From contig NC_045697.1 in assembly GCF_009834535.1 (NCBI RefSeq), positions 59,708,001 to 59,772,000 of the forward strand: DNA of 64,000 nucleotides, read 5' to 3'. Every line of letters begins with the position of its first letter. The first letter of the stretch is position 1. This document shows, piece after piece, positions 1 to 12,853 of the stretch. The notes beneath the pieces are model-generated. The model did no database searches and was not told the DNA's origin. It worked only from the letters and a program-made list of their open reading frames with translations. The position numbers and the translations under genes were made by a program. Source of the stretch: Camelus ferus. Taxonomy: Eukaryota.

Positions 1-1149
1 GGGAAACTGAACAGCTCAGTTAGTTAGTTTCTGATTTGTAATGTGATTTGTAGAAAGTCTGAGGTTATATTGTATGGTAGTGATCAGTGATTCAGGTATT
101 ATGTGTTATTGACTGGAGACGGTTCAATGTGCATCAGAAATCAAGCAGCCAGATGCAGAACTGAAACCTTCACACAGAAATTGAGAAGTGTGAAAAACAT
201 CTCACCAATATGGATAATCATCCCAACTCTAACGTGATTTGCCCCAATACAATTCTTTTTCATTTTTACAAGACCCTTATGAAGAAATATTTTTATTAAC
301 ATTGTTAAGAATTAGGGCTAGTTTTCAAGATTACTAAGTACCTAGCCCAAGGGCTTTTCATTAAATTGACTCAAATATTCAAATATATTCTGACTATAAA
401 GATATAAACTTCATATGCTAAATGTTAAATATAAAAAAGTTTTTATCTTAACATAAAGATGAAATAATTTAGAAATATAGAAACAAATATGAAATAAAGT
501 AGAACTTAGGGTGTATTTTACAAATCTATTACTGTGGATATCCTACACTTAATTCTTTTTCTTAATAGCAAACTGGTGTTCTTTTAGAGATTTACTACCA
601 AATTATGCTCCATCTTGATGAGATTGTTGAAGAAAGTTTTCTATTCTCTCACTACAAAAATTAAACAATAGTCTGATATTTTCTCCACTATATTCATATT
701 CTCAATGTCAATGAGTGCTCAGGCAGTAGATTTACTCTCTAGTCTAAGGGACTGAGAATATAGAACAAGTAGTGCAAGAAAGAAAATGTTACTCAGAGCC
801 TGATGTCAAGTGTTTCCAGTGACCTTCAGGGGCTAACTTATTTCTGACTGTTTTCAAGCCTGTTTCTTTTATTCTTTTGAAATAAATGTGCTTTAAGGAT
901 AAATATTTAACAGGCATGGTAAAGGGCTAGCATGTTGCAGTTATCATGAGAATTAATTGTTTCAATTAGGAGTTGATTTATAAGCTAAGTGTATCATTGT
1001 CTATATGTCTATGACACGCAGACCTATGTCTACATCTCTAAGTCTAAAAAGCACACCTATTCATGGTTTATATATGTTGAAGAGGTCCAAAGTGTGGAGG
1101 GGCAGGAGAAGGAGAACAGCATCTTTCAAAAATGATGTTGGTATTTTCT

Positions 1150-1700
1150 TTAGGAAACTTGAAGTCAAACTCTAGTATTGCTTCTGCAAGTTCTGTATAC
1201 TAATGTAAGTAATAATATGAAGGATGTGATAGTGCCTGGAAGAGTCCAAATTTTGTAGAAGGGAAGTATGAAAAGAAATGAACCAGACAGTCAGGGGTTG
1301 TCAAAGAAAAGGATAATTTCAGTTGAGGCTTGAATGTGGTGTCATTACTGATAGTGTTTGAGATCTGAATGTACGAATTGATAGGTGAGAAAAGGTGAGG
1401 AATAAGGTCACTGGAGGTGAGGAAGTCAAGGAAATAAGATACTAGGGTGCTGGGAGAATCAGAATCGCTATTAAAAATCACAAGGCATGTGTAGCAATGA
1501 ATAAAAGTCTAGAAAACAGAGTTCTAATGTCTTCAAGGAAGAGAAAGCATAACAGGGAGAATAGCTGCAATGTGCAGAGAGTGCTGGTACTGTGTGTTTT
1601 AGGAAAACTGAATTCTCATTAGAAAGGGGAAAGTACTGATCTAGAAATAGAAATAAAAAGCAAAGGCAGATAACAGGTGGTTGTGGTGGGGTTCTGGCTA
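1150..1700 (-). mobile_element. LINE-2 relic, endonuclease region
   Basis: ORF 1200..1481(-) reads FNSDSDSPSTLVSYFLDFLTSSDL, resembling the L2 endonuclease segment GDFN..DDPS.TL...FLDLL. Boundaries are approximate. Confidence 0.65.
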
Positions 1701-1840
1701 GGTGTCAAAAGCATGGTGAAATCAAGTGCATCTTCTCCCTTTAACGTATAATGGGGTCTCAGTAAATATTTACAGAATGAAAGAATGGTAAAGTATAAAA
1801 ATCAATCAATTCAGATGAAACAGAAGGGACTCGGGCCTTA

Positions 1841-2164
1841 TCTTAGTCAGCCTGGACTACTATAACAAAAATACCATAGAGTGAGTGGCTTAAACAAACA
1901 TTTATTACAGTTCTGGAGGAAAGAAGTCCAAGGTCAAGAGGGTGACAGGTTTGGTATCTGGTAAGGTCTCCTTCCTCACCAAACATCATAGGCCATTTTT
2001 TGCTGGGTCCTAATGTGGCAGAAAGACCAAGAGACTTCTCTGGAGTTCCTTTTATAAGGGTGCTAATCCCATTCATGACCTAAATTACCTTCCAAAGCCC
2101 TCATCTGCAACTACCATCACATCGAGGGTTAGGATTTCAACATAGAAATTTGGAGGGAACACAA
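1841..2164 (-). mobile_element. MaLR solo LTR (MLT1A-like)
   Basis: tcttagtcagc...ataacaaaaataccataga..gtggcttaaaca...cagttctggagg...ttataaggg.gctaatccc...ggatttcaacata.gaaatttgg follows the reverse strand of the MLT1A consensus. Confidence 0.85.
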
Positions 2165-4482
2165 GCCTGAAACTTTGATATTAAGAAAATTTAGATATAC
2201 TTTGTTTCTTATTGATAAAAAATATTTGGGCTAGATTTGTTAAGTATGATATGTGGTTAAAAATAATATTACTTGGAATAATATCACATTCAATTCTTTA
2301 AAGATATTGGCAATCACATAACTGAGAATCTTCTATGAGCATAAAACAAGCAACTCTTTCTAATTTTAGTTCCTAGTACTCCCTGGAACATCAGCCAACA
2401 CTAGTTACTTTAAAAATGCACATTTTTATACGTTCTCTACCTATTTTTGTTTATTTAAATGTATTTCAAAGTTGTGGGCTTTTTTCTTGAATATCTTCAT
2501 ATAATTAGTAATATTCTAAATATATTTTTATTGCTTTTGTAATTTTTGGATGGAGCTTATTATCTACATTAAAAAGATTACTATAGTATTAATCAATTTT
2601 TTTATTCCAGCCTTTACAAGTTTCATTGTTATTTTCTTTAATTATTCTCTTACCATTCTAAAATCCCTGCAGTTATTATTAAAATGATATGGATATTGCG
2701 TGCATTTAAAAATATTCTGAGTTTATTTAGGAAAACAGTATCAATAAAATATGCTTTGTTAATTTTTCATAAAATTATTCAAAATAGTAAAAAGAGAATT
2801 CAGATAAATTATCATATGGGACTTTCAAACATACTGAATAACATTCTCCTTTCAAGGACGTTTAAACAGAATTTTTGTTGATACCAATGATCTTGATGTT
2901 AGCCTGAAAAAAAAGTTGAGTGGATTAAAAATTTATGAACTCTTGAGATTAGGAACACAGGAAGGCAACCTATGGAGATAAAGGAAGTTGTCAACAAAAA
3001 GAAGTTTAAGAAAGTTTGAGGAAAATTATTGAGCTCTACTTTAGGTAGTATACTTAAAGAGAATTTTAAAAAATCTTGTGTAGGTATTTTATAGATAACA
3101 GACAGTAATTGAAAGTCTACAAGTTGATGTATTCCTCTAGGAAAAGTAATATGTAGTAACAATGTGAAAGACATAATATCCTGTACAATCCAACAAAGCC
3201 AGTGGGAGATTGTATTGAGTACATTGGCCTGTGTTTAAATCACAAAATCGATAAAGATTTGTCTTTATTTGGGAAGGCCCTCAGAAGATAGATTAAGATG
3301 CTAACACTAAATGATTATTTTTTTTAATCTTCGGTATATTGAAAATTGTAGGTTGTTCAGAAAACATCTTTCAGTATTAAAAACATTTGGAAGAATATTT
3401 AGCCATCATCTTTAGTAAACATTTATTAAATATCTAATGCGTATAGAACTGTGCTAAGTCTCTAGATGTAGAACATTATTATATTTTGGTTTTCAACTGG
3501 TATTTTTTCCTGTGCTAATACAAACCCCAAAGGTACAGTAGAGTAATAATCATTTAAACTCTTCTTTTAGCCTAGATATTTTTCCCCTTATTTCATATGA
3601 TTTTTAAATATGTTGCTATGAAACATTTTTTCTTGCATAAAATGAATTCATCCTGAAGTTTAAATACTGTGTCAATCATGCTGTTAGTCTTCAAAATGCA
3701 ATATGCATTTAACAGATAAAAGAGAAGAAGATAAACCATTTGCAAGCACTCTAAAAAACTTCCAGACATTATTTCACGAGCACAAATTATTAAGGCAACA
3801 TGAAATGAATTAAGATACAGATCAAGATGACTGTGATAACTGCTTTAAAACATGCATCTAATATCACCAGCCTTAAAATGCTATTGCAATGGTCTTACTG
3901 AGCATACTAAACTTCTACATATTTGCTTATTTGGAGCATAAGAAAAATTTAGAAATATTTTATATAGAAAAAAATGGGCAAACATGGGAAACAGAACTGG
4001 ATTTTCACTACTGAGATAAGGCAATGAGATAGAAAATAAAAGATACTGTTCTGCCACTCAGAGTCCATCCTTCCTCTTACAAACACTTGCACGTGCATAC
4101 ATGCCAAGACACAGAACCTACTGATGAAATAACAAAAAGAGGGGAAAAAATGGAACAGAGGAAATTAGGCCTAGAAATAGTCCTTATTTACACACAAATA
4201 CAATCCAACACAAGATTTTTTTTTTCATTTTTAATAAGATAATATTCTATTTATTTTGGAAGATTTTTCCTGTCAAGGGGAAAATCTATTTTTAGTACAG
4301 TATCAAGCAAGACTCAACGCCATTCAGGAGCAAGGAATATTACATATGAAAACAGGCAGTTTCAGCAGCTACTAGCCTTAGTGCAATTATATCTCCTTAT
4401 TTTCTCTTAATTAGTTGTAAAGGTATATTAGGCTACCACAAATTCTCTTTGCTCTATACCAGCAGTACATATTGGTAGATTT

Positions 4483-5130
4483 TCTTAGAGCAGGCAGATG
4501 GCTAGATATGAGCAGAGAAAGGGGGATGCAGACCAAATGGCAGGAATTGGGCAGAAAAGAGGGGCACAGGCCAAATACAGGAAACCATACATCATGTAAG
4601 CACCAGGGGTCCCTGAGCAGAGAAAGAAAAGCAGAAAACTTGGCTGGATAAGTGGTCACACCTTTTGGGCTGATCAGAGACCTGGAGGCTGACAAAGATA
4701 GGTTGGAAAAGGCAGGAATCTCCAGTGTCCGAATGTAACCTTTTGTTCATTATGCCCTCATTACAATAAAAGCAGCCTTGCAGATTAGAAGTACCCATCA
4801 TGCACCAACACTGTGACACTTCCGATCCAGACTAAATAAGGACAAAAATCCTTCCTCCCTTTGGGAAGGTGAAGTTGGGATGAAAATCAGGGAATAGGAA
4901 TCCAAACCTTTCCCCCACTAATGAATATTCTGTCCATTCATTTCTATACTCTATATAACCAACTTGCCAAAGAAACTCAGCAGAGCTGCTCACCTGAGCC
5001 TGCCCGCTCTCCCCTTGAGAGTGTACTATCTATCCCTAATAAATCCTGACTTTCTTAACCTCTGTCTTGTCTCTGAATTCTTTCTGGGACGGGACAAGAA
5101 CTGAGACACTGGTTACATGTACCGGGAACA
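4483..5130 (+). mobile_element. ERV1-class solo LTR
   Basis: Starts tcttagagcaggcagatggctagatatgagcag (MER50/MER4-group-like start). Has a TATA-like ctctatataa near 4950, AATAAA at 5038-5043 and a U5-like tctctgaattctttctg...gacaagaac. Ends in CA at 5130. Confidence 0.8.
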
Positions 5131-7324
5131 TTTTCATTATATTTATGTTGAGAATATCCATATATTATTTTCCTAACAGTCTTGACCATGAAGTAAGTTC
5201 CCACTTAATATCAAGTTATTCTTTTTAATTTAACTAATCATAATTAGTAGTCATGGTTAATTTGTTTCACAATTTTATTTCATTCGACTTCTGTACAGTT
5301 TATCACTTTTACCTTTCGATGATACAACATATTTAATGTCTTTGGTGTGAGAGTTTTAGAAATGTACAATATCTTCCTTTAGAATCGCATAAAGTACTTT
5401 TCAGGTGACCACGTATCACCTCGATACTAGTAGATAGTTGGAAGTAGTGACAGTTTAAATTCAGCCATTAATACATTAAAAAAAAAAAAAAGACACTACA
5501 AATTCCCTTATCAGCTATGCTATTGTGCAGAAAATCTTGTGGCATCTACAAATGGCCAATACATTTTCTTGCAAACAGATACAGCATCTTACCACAGTGG
5601 CCCTATGGATACTGAATGTAGTTGTCTGGAGTTTGGCACAACTTTTTAAAAAACTTTTTTCTTTAATCCTAGGTCAGTGCATCTTTTCATTAATAATCTA
5701 CTTATTCTAATAATGGCATCTCTAAAGGGGGCTGGCAATCTGCATCCCATAATACGTCTAAACACCTTGTGTGTGTGTTTTCTCACCATGATTTACTATT
5801 CAAAAGAAAGATTGAAAATATTCATTGACAGAACAAGGGAGCATATCTTTATTTATGATGCCTCTTTCCAAGGCAAGTATTGAGATCTCAACTAACTGAG
5901 GATTTTTCCTAAATAATTTGCATATATTCAGGCCTATCACTCTGAAGTAAGATGCTGAAGTGTTTTTAATCAGATTAGCTCCTGCATTGCTACACATTTT
6001 AAGACTTTATTTGGCAAATATTTAGTGTGCCTGTCTTACAGCATCAAAAATAAAAGTTTGCATTGTGTAAATGTAGCTTTCCCCCATGGACAGCTACAAA
6101 AGATACTATATTCATGGAATGCTATCAAATTTTAGAAATCTTCTGGTCCCCCAAAGTGAATAGATTAGTTCAGAAAACAAGCTATTTATTTATCAACCAG
6201 GAAAGATAATAATGGGTATTTTGCTGTTTCCTGATTTGTGAATGACATTGTATTAGGTCCAATGAAGAATGTTAAAAGTAACTGAAATTCATACAGAAAG
6301 GGGAAATACAAAGCAAACAAATGTTAAATGTAGGACATAAAATTTGCCAAGTGCCTGTAGAAGAAATTCTGTACTTAAGCTCTAAAAGAGACATTAAGCT
6401 CAAGATGACTATCTGTCCCGAAGTTAAGTAATTGTTAAAATGAGTGCACCAACCAAGGATTTTTAAATAGATATTTGAAAGTTTGGAGGGAAAGATGGTT
6501 GGGGGAGGGGTGGGATTGAATCCAGTCTAGAGCAAAGACTTACACAAAGTTCAGGAACAAATATTCAAAATGTATCAACAAGAAAATAACCACCCTAGAT
6601 GGACTGGAATGGAACTTCTGCACAGATAATAATGAAAGACAAGAATAATTAGACAAGGGAGACAAGGAAATGAATAGCGTACATTTGAAAAGAGAGACTA
6701 AAGATCCAGGGTTTGAAAACAATGGCAAGAACATACTACTTCTTTCAAAAAGGGAAATTTACAACTATATAGTTTACAGATCTGATATCCTGTGTGGAGT
6801 TTTTGGTTAAATCATCTCATAATTGACACCCACTGAGCTTGGGTGGTCAAGGCTACAAAACATTCTCTCAATGCCAAAGAACTACTCTTCCTTCCCTGGA
6901 ATGGGAATTTGGGGATTAGAGGGGTGCCAATGCTTATTAGTAACTTTTGATAGGATCATGAAATGTAGGCTTGGCAATTTTCCTAGGAGGAATGATAAAT
7001 GAACCATGGATCAGTTCTTTAATGTGCTTTATTAATACAATTAAGACTCATTGATTTGACTAATGTTTTCAGTAATGTAATACTTTATTTTTGTGCCTAA
7101 TTTAAGGAGCTTCATGAACTCTAGACCACTGTTTGGTTCAACATCACATTGAGGGGAAGAAATAGGGACTAACATTTGGATAGAGAAATGTAATATGACC
7201 TAAAACTCTCAGAAGTGAAAAATCACTTTAGAAAACTAAATTCAAATGCTCAATTCAGAGGCAAGATTCTTTATTAAATGTTCCTTATTGCTAAGTTCTA
7301 GTCTATTTCCTTTTCATTTTACAT

Positions 7325-7620
7325 CCTCTCCTGGGGTGATCACATCCATGCCCATTATTCTTAATGACCACTTATAAGCATATTAGTCACACATCTTATC
7401 TCCAGTTCAGGGATCTCTCATGAGTTTTGGTTCCGTGGTTATAACTGTACTTGGCATTTTTGATGGATCTTTCAAAGGCACTCGAAGTTCAACAAGTCTC
7501 AAAATAAATTCATGATCTTTCCCACACTTACTACTTTCTCTCTTTCACTGTTTTGAGTCATACTGAATGGCAGCATTATTTATAAACAAAAGAAGTGTAG
7601 GAGCTTAGATTAATCCTCAC
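7325..7620 (+). mobile_element. LINE-2 fragment
   Basis: ggtgatcacatccatgcccat...tatctccagttcag...aaggcactcgaagttcaacaagtctcaaaataaattcatgatcttt is typical of the L2 RT 3' part. Confidence 0.7.
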
Positions 7621-7759
7621 ATCTGTTACTTTCATTACAAGTATACCTTAAGGCTTTTCAGATCTTTTGTTTAGGATAATTTCCCTCATATCTTTATGAC
7701 TATCCTTTAAATTTTTTATTTTCGTAGTTTATGTTAGTTTTAAAATGTTTTGTTTAAAA

Positions 7760-8760
7760 TGTTATTTGGTTCTAACTTTTGAAAGGTATTTTTGACTTCA
7801 TATAATGTCTGATGTTGACATTCATTTTCTCTTAGTGAGGTAAGGATGTTATTCCATCATATTCTGGCTTCCATCATATCTATTGGAAAGTTCAGGAGTC
7901 ACTAGTATATCAGTTCCACTGAAGTTAATTATCTTTTCTTTTTCTGGCTGTTTGATTAGAATTTTCCTTTTGTTTCCCACATTTTAATTTGTTGTGTCTA
8001 GTTGTGCATTTCTCTGCATATTTTTCAGAGGATTCAGCTGCCTTCTCACATCAGTAACATATGATACTTATTTATTTATGAAAAACTTCTCCTCTGTTAT
8101 CTTGTTAAACATTGTATCTCTTTCATTTCCTTTCTCATTTCCTTCAAAAGCCCCAATTGGATGTATATTGCATGTTCTCTCTCTGCTCTCCATGTCTCTA
8201 CTCAATGTTTTCATATTTTAAACTTGTTTCTCTATTAAATTTTTGATAATTTCTTTATATCTATTTTTCAGGATAAAAATTCTCTTCAAATTCTGGTAGC
8301 CTACTGCTAATACTATTTATATAATACTATTTAAATAAAACTGCTATGTTTAATTTTTAGAATTTTTATATAAATATATGTTGTATTCATATATGCCTGC
8401 CAATTTTCAATCCCTTGCCTTTTATTTAGTTTTAGTTTCCTCTTATTTATTCCTCTTAAACATTTTTAACATTTTGTTCAATAATTTCAATATCTGAAAC
8501 TTTTGTTCACCTCAGCCTTGTCTTTTTTTTTTCCTGTTATTCATGATGCCCTGTATTTCATTGTCTGCTGTCACTGTTTTTGTATCTCTGTTTTTGCCAC
8601 TGTGGTATTATTCTTGGAGATTTATCTCTAGCAATTCCTGAAAACACTCCTTAAAAGTGAGTCTTCAAAAATATGTATTTGCTTTGCTTTAACAAGTATC
8701 TGAGAGCACTACAATTTTAACTAAATTCTCATCTTGAGGTAACATGAACTCATATCTAAG
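7760..8760 (-). mobile_element. Ancient L1/HAL1 ORF1-region fragment
   Basis: T-rich, with gatgttattccatcatattctggcttccat, a motif typical of antisense old L1 ORF1. Confidence 0.6.
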
Positions 8761-10469
8761 ATTCCTTAAGTGAACTTTCCTCCCTTCTTCAGTAAATTAA
8801 CCTCTGTTATCTTATTTTTCTCTCCCTATCAGAATATGAAACATAATAATTGACGCATATCTTGGATGATGTGCATTTTATTAAATGCATTTATTTCATA
8901 CTGCCAAAATCCTAAGGAAATAGTCAGGCTCCAAGTGGAATATCTGACATGATTAATTGAGTGCACTGGGTGACAAAGAGTGTAAACAGTACCCTTATCT
9001 CCTCCTTTAATTGAAAATAATATAATTCTGTGCCCTGCCTCCCCGTGTTTATCATTCCAGTTCAAAATTAAGTGTGAGAGCAAAAATCTCACCATGTACA
9101 AATAAAAGTATAATATAAATAAAATTAAAGGCACAAAAAGATGATAGGCAAAATCTGTTTCAAAATCAATTTCAAACAATTCACAAAATGCTATTCAAAT
9201 GTGAAATGAAAATAATTTGGCATAAAAAGGATTGTTTACCAAAATTATTTGAAGTCATTAGAAAAATTCCCTATAGTACTAAAACTTCTATTTCAGTATG
9301 TAGTATAAAAATACCTCTTGAAGTGATTTCTGGATCTGTTCATCTCGTACATGCACAGTACCATATTTAAGAACTCTTACTGTAGATGAGCAAAGCAATT
9401 ATTTCTCTGTACTCTAAGTGTGATTTCAATGTCTGATATACTAAGTGGCTATCAAAACACATCATTTTAGAAAATGTTTTCTAAAGTCCACTTTACACAT
9501 AACTGAGATAATGCTGTGGTTAATAAGCTAACTAAGCAACCACTTTATCTGTCTTTACAAGTAAATCATAAAATCCTGTATTTGCAAATGATCAACAGGA
9601 CCAATATAAAAACAAAATAACAAAAGAATTAAAATATAAGAACTGCACTGTCTTAAGCTGCTATAAGTTAACTTTATTAAGTTAGATGAAAAAAGCTTAT
9701 TTTCATGAATTGATTGCCAGCTGTTTCCATTTGTTAATTTTAAGAAAAAATTTTGCACAATTGGCAAACAGCTTTTTATTAATAATATTTAGGGTATTTT
9801 TCTGTTTAACAAAATAATTCTATTTGATTCAGAAGGCAAAGAAAACAGAAAAGCTCAATAAAACAGAAATGACCTAAAATACCAATATCCCAGAAGAATC
9901 ATGTCTTTGGCAGTGGATCCTTCTAAACTTTTGTCCATATCTATGACATATGTAGATAGATACATTGTAAAAAAAATATGTAACATATGCATATATAAAA
10001 TTTGCATAAACACATCTCACAAAACTCACTCAGAGCAGATATAATTTAAAACTAGCTATTTAAAAATACACATGTACACATACACATATATTGGAAATAC
10101 AGTTCATACAACTGTTCTCTTAATGTATTGATAAGCACAGCAAATAAATACCACGATCCTTTAATTTCACATTTAAACTACATAATTTTAATAATCATAG
10201 GGTCCTCCTACCTACTCTAAATGATTTCCACACTTTACACTCTCTCCTTATTACTATAAATAATTCAAACCTTCTAAAGGCAATGTGTTCTAGATTGAAA
10301 TTTTCATCTCATCTATAAACTTTAAACTTGGGTGCTGATGAACGTCCAATTCACATACAGAAGCCTTGAGAGACTAAACAATGTGAAGGTACCATAACTT
10401 ACAATAATAGTTAGCACTTCTATATCACTTGATAGTCACTTTTTAATAATATCTGAGGTAGATATTAAT

Positions 10470-10830
10470 AGTAAAAGAACTGTATGGATTTAGGACAGAT
10501 GCATACCTGGCTGAAATCAGGACTGCAACTTTCTAGTTATAGAATCTCTGATAAGTTTATTAGTATCTCAAATCCCCAGTTTCCCCTCTTTATAAATGGA
10601 TTATTACCCATCCCCTGTATTCATTAGAGTGAATTTTTAAAAAAGCATATGTGAATTGCTTAGCATTATGCTAGTATGAATTAACTTCTCAGTCAATGTC
10701 CTTTGTTATGATCTGCCTTTTTTTCAGATGAAGAAATGGAAGCATGGAGAGATGAAAAACACATATCAGAACATACTTGGTGGTGGTAACCACAGAGCTG
10801 GACCTTGAATCCCATTCTTTCATACTTCAT
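10470..10830. mobile_element. Two MIR SINE fragments in opposite orientation
   Basis: cagtttcccctctttataaatgg core on + and ttttcagatgaagaaatggaagc core on -. Confidence 0.65.
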
Positions 10831-12853
10831 ACCATTTTAAAATATTGCTGAGTACTCTCTACTGACACGAGGTATGAGATAAATGACAGATCTAATTGTG
10901 GCTCTCAGCTTGAAATTGTAGGATGAGAGGAGAGTTAGATATTTTCCCTAGGCATTATACTAAGTCAAATAAAAAGGAGGTGGCTAGAATCTTCAGTGTT
11001 TGAATGATTCATAAAATATAAGACGGGATTAACAGAAATGGAATTAAAAGTGAAATTATTCTGCTTTAATGCTGGTTCCAAACACATTGTCCTAAAAAAA
11101 TTAACAAGGGTAGGGAGAGATTTTTGTATGTGTGTCACTCCATCCAATAACAAACCTATTCTGCACAACCTTATTCATGATAATACACATTTTTCTACAA
11201 ATTCTAGATTTGGAGTATTTTGCCTTTTAATATTACAGCTGAAAATTTATTTTCTGTATTATTCTGACTAGTTAGTATAAATATTGACAATAAATTTAAT
11301 GTGAAATATAGCAAAACAATTCTAATGCTCTGGTTAAATGAAATAATGCAGTCTTGATTAAATTTGACAATGAATAATCTCTTAAATAGATATTAACTGG
11401 GCTTATTTTAAAAGCAGAGATCACTTTAAAAAATTAGGTTAAAAATATTGATCTAAGAATATTCATATTTAGGCTAAAACTATATGTTAATACTAAAGAG
11501 AAAACTATAATATATCCCAAATAAATAGTCTTCTAAAGATGTTGGTCAATGTTTGAGATCTAAAGATCCATCTAATCTATCTAGATAGTGATCTATACTC
11601 CTCAGAAAACATGCTACCCTATATGCTTATGTTAGGTAAAATATGGAACACAGTTGTCTTGTTTTTACTGTAAAAATCACAATATCATGAAAATGATTTT
11701 GAACCTTTCTATAGCTCTATATCCATTCTTAACTTTATTAAATGAAGAAATAATGCAGAAAGATCAAGGAAAGAGGCACAAAACCCAACGTGGAAAAGCA
11801 AGGTAACATGTGACAGCACCATGGAATCATCATTGGCCAGGATCTGGTCCTCAGTGTTTCCAAGTCTGAAACTCCACTTGTGGGTACAACCAGACTGGAT
11901 TTGGTCTGAGGAGGCTTAATCGTGCTAATTAACTAACAGGATAATAATTTATAAAGTAGATTCCAATTACTTAACTGTGGAAGGTGTACCTTTCCCAGAA
12001 AATGAATGTTCCCCCAACCCACAAACCTTTATGTTAACAAGATCAGAGGATAAGAAATTGATAATCACAATCTGTCCATTGTGTTTGAACATAGTGTCCC
12101 AATAAAGAGATACAGATGGCTGTGAGCAGGTGGTCTCAAATGGAGCTGATCTGGGAGGTTGAGTTTATCTTCCCAGGTGAGTTGAAAATTATGTCTGCTT
12201 TATTATCACCCTAACACTTCATAAAAATTCAAGGGAAAACAGTTTTTTTGAAGAACTAATACATAATCAGCATGTGAAATCTGAAGAAATTCTTTAGGTA
12301 ATTCTGATACACAGTTTGAGAACTACAATTTTTTAGAGATATTTCTTCCAGGCCAAGGGATAGCCTGATAAAAATATTCCCTGACATAGTAAGGTAGTTA
12401 TTTTAGTATAGTTATACTCATGTCTTCCAGATAGTCACTTCCTTTCTTACCTGAGCAGCATTTGATAAATTTGAAACTTATCTCACTTATCTAGGCATTG
12501 TGTTTCTTTCCACTGATCATCTCTTCTCATTTTATAGATGAGGGATTTGAAATGAAATAGACAATAATATCATAACTAGGATTCAGACACTTGTCTGCTT
12601 AAAATTTGAATCTTTACAACTCACTTGCCCTCAATAGGGACAGTGTTTGATAAAACACGTTATTTTACAAATCACTCATTTTTGCACTTGACAAACACTC
12701 TCCAAATTTATATATTTCTATAGACATCATTACATGCTGTTTGTTCAGATAACACTATAATTGATATTTTGGTCATATTTTAATTCTGATGATAAACCTT
12801 ACTTGGATTCCAGTGACTCCTAAACTTCTATCACATTAACAGCAGTTTTCAAT

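Noticed and set aside
8829..9179. Longest ORF in the track (116 aa, -)
   Set aside because: Non-ATG start, F/L/I bias expected from AT-rich DNA, no bracketing splice sites and no recognisable domain.
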